A stretch of 15,541 nucleotides of DNA, from assembly GCF_035285525.1 (NCBI RefSeq), contig NZ_JAYKGW010000250.1:1-15541 (forward strand), given 5' to 3'. Below are positions 1 to 7,371 of this stretch, piece after piece. How positions within the stretch are numbered: position 1 is the stretch's first letter; each line of letters starts with the position of its first letter. Under the pieces are notes generated by a model. The model saw only the letters and a program-made list of their open reading frames with translations. It did not search any database and had not been told where the DNA came from. This DNA is from Okeania sp. GTDB taxonomy: Bacteria; Cyanobacteriota; Cyanobacteriia; Cyanobacteriales; Microcoleaceae. A program made the position numbers and the translations under genes.

Positions 1-51
1 GCCCTACAGCACCCACTTGCCTTCCTCGACCTCCTTGGCTTCCTTCTCCAC

Positions 52-141
52 CTGGTCTACCTTGTCCCCCTTGTCTACCTTGTCCTCCTTGTCTACCTTG
101 TCCTCCTTGTCTACCTTGTCCCCCTTATCCCCCTTGTCTTC
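52..141. repeat. Tandem 9-bp repeat array (CTTGTCYNC, about 10 units; alternating CTTGTCTAC/CTTGTCCTC gives an 18-bp period)
   Basis: Read directly: units at 52-60, 61-69, 70-78 and so on to 133-141, with degenerate copies on both sides. It lies just downstream (minus-strand sense) of the 173..571 gene. A 7-bp-stem hairpin ATCCTCC-cacaa-GGAGGAT sits at 145-163. Confidence 0.85.
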
Positions 142-172
142 CCCATCCTCCCACAAGGAGGATTAATATTTC

Positions 173-571
173 TTAAGGAATAGTCACACCAGGAGGAATA
201 ATCACATTAGTCCGATTAAATACAGGAGGACGTTCAGAACCCCCTGTATTAAACTCAGCTTTTTGCAAAGAGTCAACAGTTGTACTCGACCCACCACTAC
301 CAGATAAAGGATTAGCTGAACCTCCTACAGCATCTATAACAAAGGTTCCGCTAAACCCACTACCTCTAGCACCAGGGTCTTGATCCCGTTCATAAAAAGT
401 AGGTTTCTCACGACGACGTGGTTTGGCATCATTTGTTTGAGCGATCGCTTCTTCTCCTGCTGTTTCTACTGTTTCCGCTAAAACATGATTAGCATTTCCC
501 AAATTTAGGAAACAACCCAAGCCGAGAACTGATAACCATAAGCAATGGTTGGTTTTAATTGAAATTTGCAT
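173..571 (-). CDS. Small secreted hypothetical protein (132 aa, Gly/Ser-rich), probably co-transcribed with the porin
   Basis: The internal ATG at 571 is preceded by GAGGAG 8-13 nt upstream and lies 17 nt after the porin stop (588-590). The N-terminus MQISIKTNHCLWLSVLGLGCFLNLGNANHVLA looks like a signal peptide. The 171-aa version in the ORF track (to 688) would overlap the porin C-terminus by 100 nt, so I prefer the shorter form. I recognise no family. Confidence 0.6.
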   Translation of the reverse strand: MQISIKTNHCLWLSVLGLGCFLNLGNANHVLAETVETAGEEAIAQTNDAKPRRREKPTFYERDQDPGARGSGFSGTFVIDAVGGSANPLSGSGGSSTTVDSLQKAEFNTGGSERPPVFNRTNVIIPPGVTIP

Positions 572-587
572 AATTAATTTCTCCTCT

Positions 588-2267
588 TTAGAATCTAAAT
601 GTACTTCTAAGAACTCCCAGAAATATAGTATCATTATCGCTATTATGTTCGGGATTAGTAATAACAAATAAACCAGGAGTAATAGCAATATTATCGCTCA
701 CCTTAAACCGATAAAAAGCTTCAAAATGTAAAGAAGTATCCTCATCCTCACCACTGGGTAAACCACTACCATCAGCTAACTTTAAAGGTTGACCAAAAAT
801 CAGTCCTAATAAGTCCCCTTCACGACCAAATAGATCGGAAAATCCCAGGGCAACCGTATAAGTATAAGTATTGGCATAAGCATCACTCACCTTAGAATCA
901 GTAAATGCGTATCCACCCCAAGCTGCAAAACTAATTGTACGATTAACTCGCCATTGGAATGTGGCACTAACCGCATTTGTCTGAGTTGGTTCATTAATAA
1001 AACCAGAAGCATCAGCATTAAAGCTACCTGTTAAAGTATCTAATCTACCATCCACAGAATAGGCATTAATATAAGCCAGACCAGTCAGAATATTACTTCT
1101 AGGTTTCATTAAAAGTTGAACCCCCAAAGCACTATGGTCAGAACCTGTAATTCCTCCTCCTTGATCCCGGACATCGCAACCTTGGCCACTACCAGGACAA
1201 CTACTGTTTCTAGTACCATAAGCAAATTGGAGTCGCACTCTATCCAGAGCCAACCAGTCAAAACCAACACCAGCGTCCAAACTACCAATTTTAAATAAAG
1301 GGTTAGCTTGTCCAAAACGAGAAACAGCTCCCCTACCCGAATCAAAAAATGGAGAGTTGGCCGTTAATACACTACTCAAACTAAATCCCTGGGGAGCAAA
1401 AGTCAGAACCACGCGATCGTTAAAAACAGGAGTCCGATACTCCAATAAATCTAATTGAAACCTATTATCTGTATCTGTCTGAAAAGAATACAGGGCCATA
1501 TCAGTTACTAATCCAGGGTTATCTGCTGTCCCAGCAAAACCACGGTTCGCGAAATTACCAGATACCATACCAATAGCCAAACGGTCTTTCCCAGAGAATG
1601 AGGAAACTATGCCCAATCTAGCTAAATAAGCTAAAATTGCCTGTTGGTCATCTCCATTTCCTGGTGGGTCTCCTCCTTCTGCTGCGGCCAGTCCAAAAAT
1701 TATTTCTCCACCCATGACGCTAGTGGTAGAAAATTGATTTGCTTCTAGTGCTGTGGTTCTAGCTTCTAGGACATCGACTCGACCCCGCAAAGCAGCCATT
1801 TCTGCGGAAAATTCTTCTTGGAGTCTTTGTATTGTTGCTAAGTCTTCTCTAGTTGCCAGATCGCCAGAGGAAGCAATTATTTCTGTAATTCTGTCTAAGC
1901 AAGCGTTTAAACCAGCAGCAAATTCATAACGGGTCATGGCACGGTTGCCACGGTAACTGCTATCAGGGTATCCAGCGATACAACCATAACGTTCTACTAA
2001 AGATTGTAATGCTTGAAATGCCCAATCAGTAGGTTGTACATCTGAAAGCTGGGTGACAGATGTTACTTGACCTTGTTCTCGAATCAGCACATCTTCCTGT
2101 TCATAGTCAAATGTTTGAGCTATGGTTAAGGGTTTTTTTGGGGTTATTTCTGGGGATGCTTGGTCTAATTTTTCAGTTGTTTGAACAATATCTTTGGCTA
2201 CAGCTATTGATGTACTCTGTAGCACCATTAGTAAACTGAAAAGTAGGAGTTTTATTTTCACGGACAT
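588..2267 (-). CDS. Cyanobacterial outer-membrane porin, SLH domain plus OprB-type beta-barrel (often annotated 'iron uptake porin' or 'carbohydrate-selective porin OprB')
   Basis: Signal peptide MSVKIKLLLFSLLMVLQSTSIAVA|KD. Canonical SLH motif LSDVQPTDWAFQALQSLVERYGCIAGYPDSSYRGNRAMTRYEFAAGLNACLDRI. A coiled-coil linker (EEFSAEMAALRGRVDVLEARTTALE) follows, then a long alternating beta-strand region ending in the terminal aromatic ...LRSTFRF. A GAGG RBS precedes the ATG. Confidence 0.92.
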   Translation of the reverse strand: MSVKIKLLLFSLLMVLQSTSIAVAKDIVQTTEKLDQASPEITPKKPLTIAQTFDYEQEDVLIREQGQVTSVTQLSDVQPTDWAFQALQSLVERYGCIAGYPDSSYRGNRAMTRYEFAAGLNACLDRITEIIASSGDLATREDLATIQRLQEEFSAEMAALRGRVDVLEARTTALEANQFSTTSVMGGEIIFGLAAAEGGDPPGNGDDQQAILAYLARLGIVSSFSGKDRLAIGMVSGNFANRGFAGTADNPGLVTDMALYSFQTDTDNRFQLDLLEYRTPVFNDRVVLTFAPQGFSLSSVLTANSPFFDSGRGAVSRFGQANPLFKIGSLDAGVGFDWLALDRVRLQFAYGTRNSSCPGSGQGCDVRDQGGGITGSDHSALGVQLLMKPRSNILTGLAYINAYSVDGRLDTLTGSFNADASGFINEPTQTNAVSATFQWRVNRTISFAAWGGYAFTDSKVSDAYANTYTYTVALGFSDLFGREGDLLGLIFGQPLKLADGSGLPSGEDEDTSLHFEAFYRFKVSDNIAITPGLFVITNPEHNSDNDTIFLGVLRSTFRF

Positions 2268-2428
2268 ACCTCACACATAAAGAAAACACATACTTTTTTA
2301 TCTTGCACAGATAATAACTTGAGTTAGGTCAAAAGTGAAGATTAAATTTAAAAATTAAAGTTCGTAATTTTTAAGATGAAAAATTCAGTCTACAAAGCAT
2401 TTCATAACCATTGCCATCACTAGGATAT

Positions 2429-2646
2429 AGGAATTATGCAGTTTTTATATGATTCTTAACAATAGGGAACAGGGAACACTTATTCTCTAGATTGCCTCCA
2501 TACCTATTGCCCATTCCCTCTATATGGTGCTTTTAGAAATTATGCAGTTTTTATATGATTCAGAACAATAGGTATGGAGGAAACACTTATTCTCTGGATT
2601 CCCTCTATATGGTGCTTTTAGAAATTATGCACTTTTTATATGATTC
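2429..2646. repeat. About 2.3 tandem copies of an 85-105-bp unit in the porin upstream region
   Basis: GAAATTATGCAGTTTTTATATGATTC...AACAATAGG...ACACTTATTCTCT(A/G)GATT...CCCTCTATATGGTGCTTTTA recurs starting near 2431, 2536 and 2620. Unit 1 carries an extra 21 nt whose 14-mer CCTCCATACCTATT (2495-2508) is the exact reverse complement of AATAGGTATGGAGG (2567-2580) in unit 2. A partial copy (TATTCTCTGGATTGCCCATTGCCCATTCCCT) lies at about 2921-2955. Confidence 0.85.
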
Positions 2647-2773
2647 TTTTTAATTAAGTGCATAAGTAAAGTATATTTTGGGTAAATGAGCTACAAGCCT
2701 AAATAGTAAATTATTGTAGTGCGGGCATTTTGCCCGCGACAGGTATACCTCACGGCAACAGGAGTCACTGTAA

Positions 2774-2916
2774 AATTACAGCGCTTTTCTTTCTTGATGA
2801 ACCACAACATCACCATAACCAAAATTCTGTAGGGACGTTTCGCTGCGCGACATGAAAAGCATTTTTGTTATGCAACCTCCCTACTGTGGTTTACCGACAT
2901 GAAAACCGCTGTAATT
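2774..2916. mobile_element. MITE-like element with 10-bp terminal inverted repeats and an internal GTAGGGACG...CCCTAC hairpin
   Basis: AATTACAGCG (2774-2783) is the exact reverse complement of CGCTGTAATT (2907-2916). The internal 56-nt hairpin unit at 2829-2884 (GTAGGGACGTTTCGCTGCGCGACATGAAAAGCATTTTTGTTATGCAACCTCCCTAC) is almost identical to 11293-11347. The left 60 nt recur at 5198-5276. I did not identify a target-site duplication. Confidence 0.55.
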
Positions 2917-3050
2917 GCATATTCTCTGGATTGCCCATTGCCCATTCCCTATTCCCAGATTATAAAGAAATGTTAACTCTTTTGACTTTAACCAACTTAT
3001 TCAAGGTAGAATGAACCGCAAAATTATTGGTAATGTAGTAATTTTTGGTG

Positions 3051-3767
3051 ATGAAAATCAAACATTATTTATCTCCTATACTTGTTGCCATAGGATTATT
3101 AGTAGTTAAAACTCCTGCCTATGCTCAGGGGATACCTGATGCCACCTTGCTGTCCTTCTGTACAAGAGTTACAGACAATTTCAAACGTGCTGTAGATGCT
3201 TATAGATTTAATATTAGTAATGGAGGTGTGAATATAACCATACCCTACGATTATGATTTAGGAATTAATGGGGATTATGGAACAATAGATACTGTAACTT
3301 TGAGAGAGCGAGAACTCGAAGAATATCTATATATAAATTGTGACCAAGAGCTGATAAATCATGGAAAAATAACAGTAACTCAGATAGAGTCTGACACTAA
3401 TGTAAAAGTAGCTGACGTTTTAGCTGAAATACGGAGTTATCAGAATAAAAACTATGGCGTTAGAGAACCGGAAATAGAAACTGGCAAAGTTGAAAAAGCA
3501 CAGAGAAACAATCAAAATCAATATCTGAGCCAGGCCGAGCCAGAAAAATCTAACCAATATAACATTTACAATAATTATGATTCAAACAGAGCTAAACTTG
3601 AGGCTGCAAAATTAGTAATAACTGAATGTAATTCTGCAACTTCAGCTCTGATCATTTTTCCTAGAGATGAAAAAATTTGTGTCCAGCCAATCGGACCATT
3701 AAAGGTAGGAAAACGCTATTACTTTAATCTAAATACTGGACAAATTGTGAAAATACGGCCTTGGTAA
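3051..3767 (+). CDS. Secreted hypothetical protein with a C-terminal Cys-x16-Cys...GKRYYFN module shared with the next gene
   Basis: ATG at 3051; the ORF track starts two codons earlier at TTG 3045. Signal peptide MKIKHYLSPILVAIGLLVVKTPAYA|QG. A Q/N-rich linker (QRNNQNQYLSQAEPEKSNQYNIYNNYDSN) follows. The C-terminal 47 aa ECNSATSALIIFPRDEKICVQPIGPLKVGKRYYFNLNTGQIVKIRPW align with the C-terminus of the 3994..5016 product. I recognise no family for the N-terminal part. Confidence 0.75.
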   Translation: MKIKHYLSPILVAIGLLVVKTPAYAQGIPDATLLSFCTRVTDNFKRAVDAYRFNISNGGVNITIPYDYDLGINGDYGTIDTVTLRERELEEYLYINCDQELINHGKITVTQIESDTNVKVADVLAEIRSYQNKNYGVREPEIETGKVEKAQRNNQNQYLSQAEPEKSNQYNIYNNYDSNRAKLEAAKLVITECNSATSALIIFPRDEKICVQPIGPLKVGKRYYFNLNTGQIVKIRPW

Positions 3768-3993
3768 AAAGTATGCAAAATTATGCAATAGACCTTGGTA
3801 AAAATTATGTAATCTAAATCAGTGAAAAGACTGAGAAGTTGCATTAAAAAAAACACAACAAAATAGTTTTTTTATGGCAACTATATTTGATTTTACAACT
3901 TATTTTAGGTATACTTTTTATCAGTTATTTTTACATGACTAGGTTAAGGTAAATTGAAATTTAATCTAAATCAAAAAAACTAGGAGACGTCTT

Positions 3994-5016
3994 ATGAAAA
4001 CCAAATTCATAGTTCTATTTTTAGCCACAATTTTGGCAACTATTGGTTTGACAACTGCCACACAAAATCAAGTTAATGCCAATAGTATTTTTAGCTCTGA
4101 ACTTTTCGATGATTTTGAAGAAGATGGAGCCAAACCATCTCAGAATCCTGCACCGAAACCTCAGCGTACTCCAAATAATGGAGGTGTGATACGAGTACCT
4201 GTTAGTAGTTCATCTCAGCCTCAGTCAGCTCCAAATAATGGAGGTGTGATACGAGTACCAGCTAGTAGTTCATCTCAACCTCAGTCAGCTCCAAATAATG
4301 GAGGTGTGATACGAGTACCAGCTAGTAGTTCATCTCAACCCACTCGGAATAATCAACCTGTAGCTCAACCAACCCAAAAGGCTGCTACTGGAACTACTCA
4401 AGCCAAAGTTGCTTGCGTTTCCCAGGGAAATGGTAATTATGCAACTGTTGTGCGGAAAGCTGAAGGCGAAACAGTCTTAATCAGTTGGAAGAATCGCAAT
4501 CATGGCTCCGAATATACACCTGAAAAAAGATGCAACATGGTAACAGAGAAATTACAAAGCTTTATTTCTGCAAATGGTAACGACATAGGGAACCTATTAT
4601 TAACAACAGGTTATGTTAAAGGTAGCCCTGTAATTTGTGTTGTTAACGAGGGTCCCCTTGGTTGTAACTCTACGAATCAATTATTAACTCTCAGCGGAGA
4701 AAATGCAGAAGATCCTGCTAAAACATTAGCTCAATTTTTAAACCTAGCTGAGGGCAACATTTCTGGTAATCCCATCCAAGAAAAAAAGGGTAAAACAGTT
4801 GTATCATTCAATACTGCTGTAGATAACTCCTTTGGCAAATCTGGCTCCATTTTAGAAGGTGGAGGTTTGAACATTGCTGCTTGCGATCCAACCAAGACTT
4901 CCTTAATTGTGTTTGAGAATAGTAAGGTATGTGTAGAAACCAAAGAACCATTAAAAGCAGGCAAACGCTATTACTTTAATTCTGCTACAGGTAAAATTCA
5001 AAGACAACCTATTTAG
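3994..5016 (+). CDS. Secreted COP23-domain protein with three 20-aa tandem repeats and the shared C-terminal GKRYYFN module
   Basis: RBS TAGGAG lies 7 nt upstream of the ATG. Signal peptide MKTKFIVLFLATILATIGLTTATQNQVNA. The peptide APNNGGVIRVPASSSSQPQS occurs 3 times. The central region VACVSQGNGNYATVVRKAEGETVLISWKNRNHGSEYTPEKRCNMVTEKLQSF...TGYVKGSPVICVVNEGPLGCNSTNQLLTLSGENAEDPAKTLAQFL matches my recollection of the COP23 (circadian oscillating protein) family pattern: Cys, then W...TPE.RC, then ViC...C...LlfTL. C-terminus: ACDPTKTSLIVFENSKVCVETKEPLKAGKRYYFNSATGKIQRQPI. Confidence 0.85.
   Translation: MKTKFIVLFLATILATIGLTTATQNQVNANSIFSSELFDDFEEDGAKPSQNPAPKPQRTPNNGGVIRVPVSSSSQPQSAPNNGGVIRVPASSSSQPQSAPNNGGVIRVPASSSSQPTRNNQPVAQPTQKAATGTTQAKVACVSQGNGNYATVVRKAEGETVLISWKNRNHGSEYTPEKRCNMVTEKLQSFISANGNDIGNLLLTTGYVKGSPVICVVNEGPLGCNSTNQLLTLSGENAEDPAKTLAQFLNLAEGNISGNPIQEKKGKTVVSFNTAVDNSFGKSGSILEGGGLNIAACDPTKTSLIVFENSKVCVETKEPLKAGKRYYFNSATGKIQRQPI
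4168..4340 (+). repeat. Near-perfect in-frame 60-bp tandem repeat (about 2.9 copies) inside the COP23-domain gene
   Basis: Copies begin at 4168, 4228 and 4288. Copies 2 and 3 are identical until the sequence diverges after 4340. Copy 1 differs at a few positions. Each encodes (T/A)PNNGGVIRVP(V/A)SSSSQPQS. Confidence 0.95.
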
Positions 5017-5073
5017 TTAAGTAGCTATTAGCTATTAGCTTAGATAGTTGTGCATTAGAAACAGTCCAGTAGC

Positions 5074-5154
5074 AGACCGAGACATCTAAAATAGTGCATT
5101 AGGGAACCGTAACCCCCCCCTCCCTATGCACTATTTGTGACGCTTTGTCGGTCT
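5074..5154. other. Long imperfect hairpin about 58 nt downstream of the COP23-gene stop (possible terminator or REP-like element)
   Basis: AGACCGAGACA...AAATAGTGCATTAGGGA (left arm) pairs with TCCCTATGCACTATTT...TGTCGGTCT (right arm) around a C8-containing loop. There is no U-tract after it, so it is not a canonical intrinsic terminator. Confidence 0.4.
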
Positions 5155-5197
5155 TATAGAGCAGTTAATTATTAATCTTCTAATCTAATTGGCTTTT

Positions 5198-5276
5198 TAC
5201 AGCGCTTTTCTTTCTTGATGAACTACATCCCTATAACCAAAATCTTGTAGAGACCTTGCATAAGGGCGTCCCTACC
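5198..5276. repeat. Partial second copy of the 2774..2916 element
   Basis: TACAGCGCTTTTCTTTCTTGATGAAC(T)ACA...ATAACCAAAAT(-)CTTGTAG matches 2778-2832. It ends in a shorter GTAGAGACC...GGCGTCCCTAC hairpin. It sits immediately upstream of the first protease gene. Confidence 0.7.
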
Positions 5277-5285
5277 AAAAATTAG

Positions 5286-6152
5286 TTGCAACTGGTGTAC
5301 TATAAATTGACTATTCAAACTTATACTGCTATTTTATTCTTCTTCAATTCTATCAGTGGCAATATAGATATCAAAATACCTACAGCGTTAAAAGTACAAG
5401 AAAATAACCTCCTTCTTCCTTCTTCCTCTAGCAAAAACTTAGCTTTGCCTTGTCCATCTGTCCCAGATATTGCCAGAGAAATTACCGTCCGCATATTAAC
5501 CAGTCAAGGAGGAGGATCGGGTGTAATTATTGCCAGACAAGGAGACAGATACACTGTTTTGACTAATCATCATGTTGTCATTGACAGTAGGGAAAATCAG
5601 TATACTGTCATCACTACTGATGGTCTTGAACATCCTGCTGAATGGTTGCAACCAACTGAGTATAGTGATTTAGATTTAGCTTTAGTTCAGTTTACCACCA
5701 GTAATATTTACCGAGTTGCAGAAATCGGAAATTCCAAAAATTTATCCGTAAATGATATCATTTATGCAACTGGTTTTCCTAGCTGGAATAGAACCAGTCC
5801 TAATGATATTGAGAATACCAGAGATTGGGGTTTAAGAGCTTATCGGTTTACAGAAGGTACAGTGGGAATGATTCTACCCAAGTCTTTACAACGTGGATAT
5901 CAATTAGGCTATAGTAATAGCTTGGCAAATGGTATGAGTGGGGGTCCGGTTCTCGATCGCGATGGTCGTCTAGTTGGTATTAATGGTAAAAGTAAGTATC
6001 CTTTAGCTGGTATTCGAGCTTTTACATTCATTGATGGTACAAAACCATCAGTTGAACTATTCCAGCAAATGCAAACTTTAAGTTGGGGAATTCCTATTAC
6101 CACAATTCAACGTTCTCTTTTTCCCAAAAAATTTAACCCAGTTCAAGAATAA
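5286..6152 (+). CDS. Trypsin-like (S1/chymotrypsin-fold, Trypsin_2-type) serine protease, probably secreted
   Basis: The catalytic triad motifs occur in the expected order: GSGVIIARQGDRYTVLTNHHVV (His), DLDLALVQF (Asp), GMSGGPVLDRDGRLVGING (Ser). The start is uncertain. There is no ATG, so the candidates are TTG 5286, GTG 5295 and TTG 5307. The N-terminus is hydrophobic (TYTAILFFFNSISG). Confidence 0.85.
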   Translation: MQLVYYKLTIQTYTAILFFFNSISGNIDIKIPTALKVQENNLLLPSSSSKNLALPCPSVPDIAREITVRILTSQGGGSGVIIARQGDRYTVLTNHHVVIDSRENQYTVITTDGLEHPAEWLQPTEYSDLDLALVQFTTSNIYRVAEIGNSKNLSVNDIIYATGFPSWNRTSPNDIENTRDWGLRAYRFTEGTVGMILPKSLQRGYQLGYSNSLANGMSGGPVLDRDGRLVGINGKSKYPLAGIRAFTFIDGTKPSVELFQQMQTLSWGIPITTIQRSLFPKKFNPVQE

Positions 6153-6166
6153 CAAAAAAACCAACA

Positions 6167-7162
6167 ATGATTTTATTCAAGCAATTTTCTATAAGTGTTA
6201 TCTGTTTCTTAACAGTCCTCAGAATTTCTATTCCCAGTGTATTAGCTTTAACAAAAGAACAAGTCGATGCGATCGCCTGGCAAGTATCTGTAATTTACGG
6301 ACCTGGTTTAACGAAGGAACAAATTAAATCTATTGACAACGGAGATTACAGTGTAGTCAAGGGTTGGCAAAATGGTAGCGGCGTAATTATTGGTCGTCAG
6401 GGTGAAACTTACTATGTTCTTTCTGCACTGCACGTTGTCGCCGACTCCAGAGGTGGAACCTTTGCTCTAGCAACTCCAGATCGAGAAGTTCATGTTATTG
6501 ATGATGAGAAAACTAAATCAAATATTATTCCCTTGGGAAAACCCCAGGGTATGGGAGAATCTATTGACGGACTTGATCTCGTTTTAATTAAGTTTAATAG
6601 TAAAGAAAAATATGAGGTCGCTCCCATTGCTATTTCAGAGAATTTACAAGCAGGTTCCCCTATTTATGTCAATGGCTGGCCAAACCCTGAAGATTTAAGT
6701 GATACAAAGCGCGAGCGTCGATTTGAGGAAGGTAAAGTTAGTTTTGTTGCCAAGTCTCCTTCATCAAATGGTGGATATAGTTTTCTTTATAGCAGTTGGA
6801 CTGCTTCTGGAATGAGTGGTGGCGCTATCTTTAATTCTGAGGGTCAGGTAATAGGGATTCATGGTAGGGGGCGTGCTAGAGGTGATGTTTATTGTGTTAA
6901 TTTTGAGTTTAGTCAGAATAATAGCTGCGGAATGCAGATATTTCACTTTCTGAGTCACAATGACGCAAAAACGATTAATTCTGCTTTGAATACTGCTATT
7001 CCAGTAGATCCGAAAATTGTCGAAAATGGCATAAAAGGAGAAAGTAAAACAGATAAAATTGATAATATTTATAAAACTTTTGCAGTCGAATTTGTGGACT
7101 CAGGAACGAGAAGAAAACCTTCTGGAGGTTGTGACTTTTTATTGATAGATGACTGTGAATAG
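6167..7162 (+). CDS. Trypsin-like (S1/chymotrypsin-fold) serine protease, secreted; paralogue of the upstream gene with a C-terminal extension
   Basis: It starts 14 nt after the previous stop. Signal peptide MILFKQFSISVICFLTVLRISIPSVLA. Triad motifs: GSGVIIGRQGETYYVLSALHVV (His), GLDLVLIKF (Asp), GMSGGAIFNSEGQVIGIHGRG (Ser). A tail of about 80 aa ends ...PSGGCDFLLIDDCE. Confidence 0.88.
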   Translation: MILFKQFSISVICFLTVLRISIPSVLALTKEQVDAIAWQVSVIYGPGLTKEQIKSIDNGDYSVVKGWQNGSGVIIGRQGETYYVLSALHVVADSRGGTFALATPDREVHVIDDEKTKSNIIPLGKPQGMGESIDGLDLVLIKFNSKEKYEVAPIAISENLQAGSPIYVNGWPNPEDLSDTKRERRFEEGKVSFVAKSPSSNGGYSFLYSSWTASGMSGGAIFNSEGQVIGIHGRGRARGDVYCVNFEFSQNNSCGMQIFHFLSHNDAKTINSALNTAIPVDPKIVENGIKGESKTDKIDNIYKTFAVEFVDSGTRRKPSGGCDFLLIDDCE

Positions 7163-7269
7163 ACATCTTCCTAATACTGTTTTCACAAAGCTTGTAGGGG
7201 TTGACGATTAGACATCTCCAAAAATAAAAAATTAAATCAATTATCGCACAGAAATCATCTATTCTTTTC

Positions 7270-7297
7270 CCCGACTCCCGACTCCCTACTCCTGACT
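7270..7297. repeat. STRR-like heptamer array (CCCGACT/CCCTACT/CCTGACT, 4 units)
   Basis: Read directly. It is flanked by the inverted 11-mers TAGACATCTCC (7212-7222) and GGAGATGTCTA (7310-7320). The reverse complement GGGAGTAGGGAGTCG recurs at 11084-11098. Confidence 0.8.
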
Positions 7298-7371
7298 CCC
7301 TCTTTTCTGGAGATGTCTATTGACGATCTGGTTTCCTGTCGTCGATAGGAACGACAGTTAAACCGGATTTT

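Noticed and set aside
1-183. Plus-strand frame open from the window edge to TAG at 181-183 (ALQHPLAFLDLLGFLLHLVYLVPLVYLVLLVY...). A roughly 47-codon minus-strand frame (EDGEDKGDKGDKVDKEDKVDK...) crosses the same 9-bp repeats.
   Set aside because: Both are produced by the 9-bp (3-codon) periodicity of a pyrimidine-rich tandem repeat. The products are low-complexity, no credible start or RBS is present, and the plus-strand frame overlaps the end of the 173..571 gene.
173-688. The 171-aa version of the ORF downstream of the porin
   Set aside because: It would overlap the last 100 nt of the porin gene. The internal ATG at 571 has a GAGGAG RBS and yields a proper signal peptide, so I called the shorter form.
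1109-1345. ORFs 1109..1345 (-) and 1116..1298 (+) inside the porin gene
   Set aside because: They are out of frame with or antisense to a well-supported 559-aa gene, and their products are low-complexity with no motifs.
2429-2646. Possible CRISPR array, given the regularly recurring sequence
   Set aside because: The units are 85-105 bp and directly abutting, with no unique spacers, and the repeats are not 25-40 bp. No cas genes are present. This is a tandem duplication or MITE, not CRISPR.
2721-2737. GC-rich hairpin GCGGGCA-ttt-TGCCCGC as an intrinsic terminator
   Set aside because: There is no U-tract on either strand, and it does not follow any gene's 3' end (it lies between two divergent 5' regions). 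It is more likely a dispersed repeat fragment.
4731-6958. Antisense ORFs 4731..4964 (-), 5909..6103 (-) and 6764..6958 (-)
   Set aside because: Each lies entirely within, and antisense to, a motif-supported gene (COP23, protease 1, protease 2). They are short, have no RBS and show no recognisable features.
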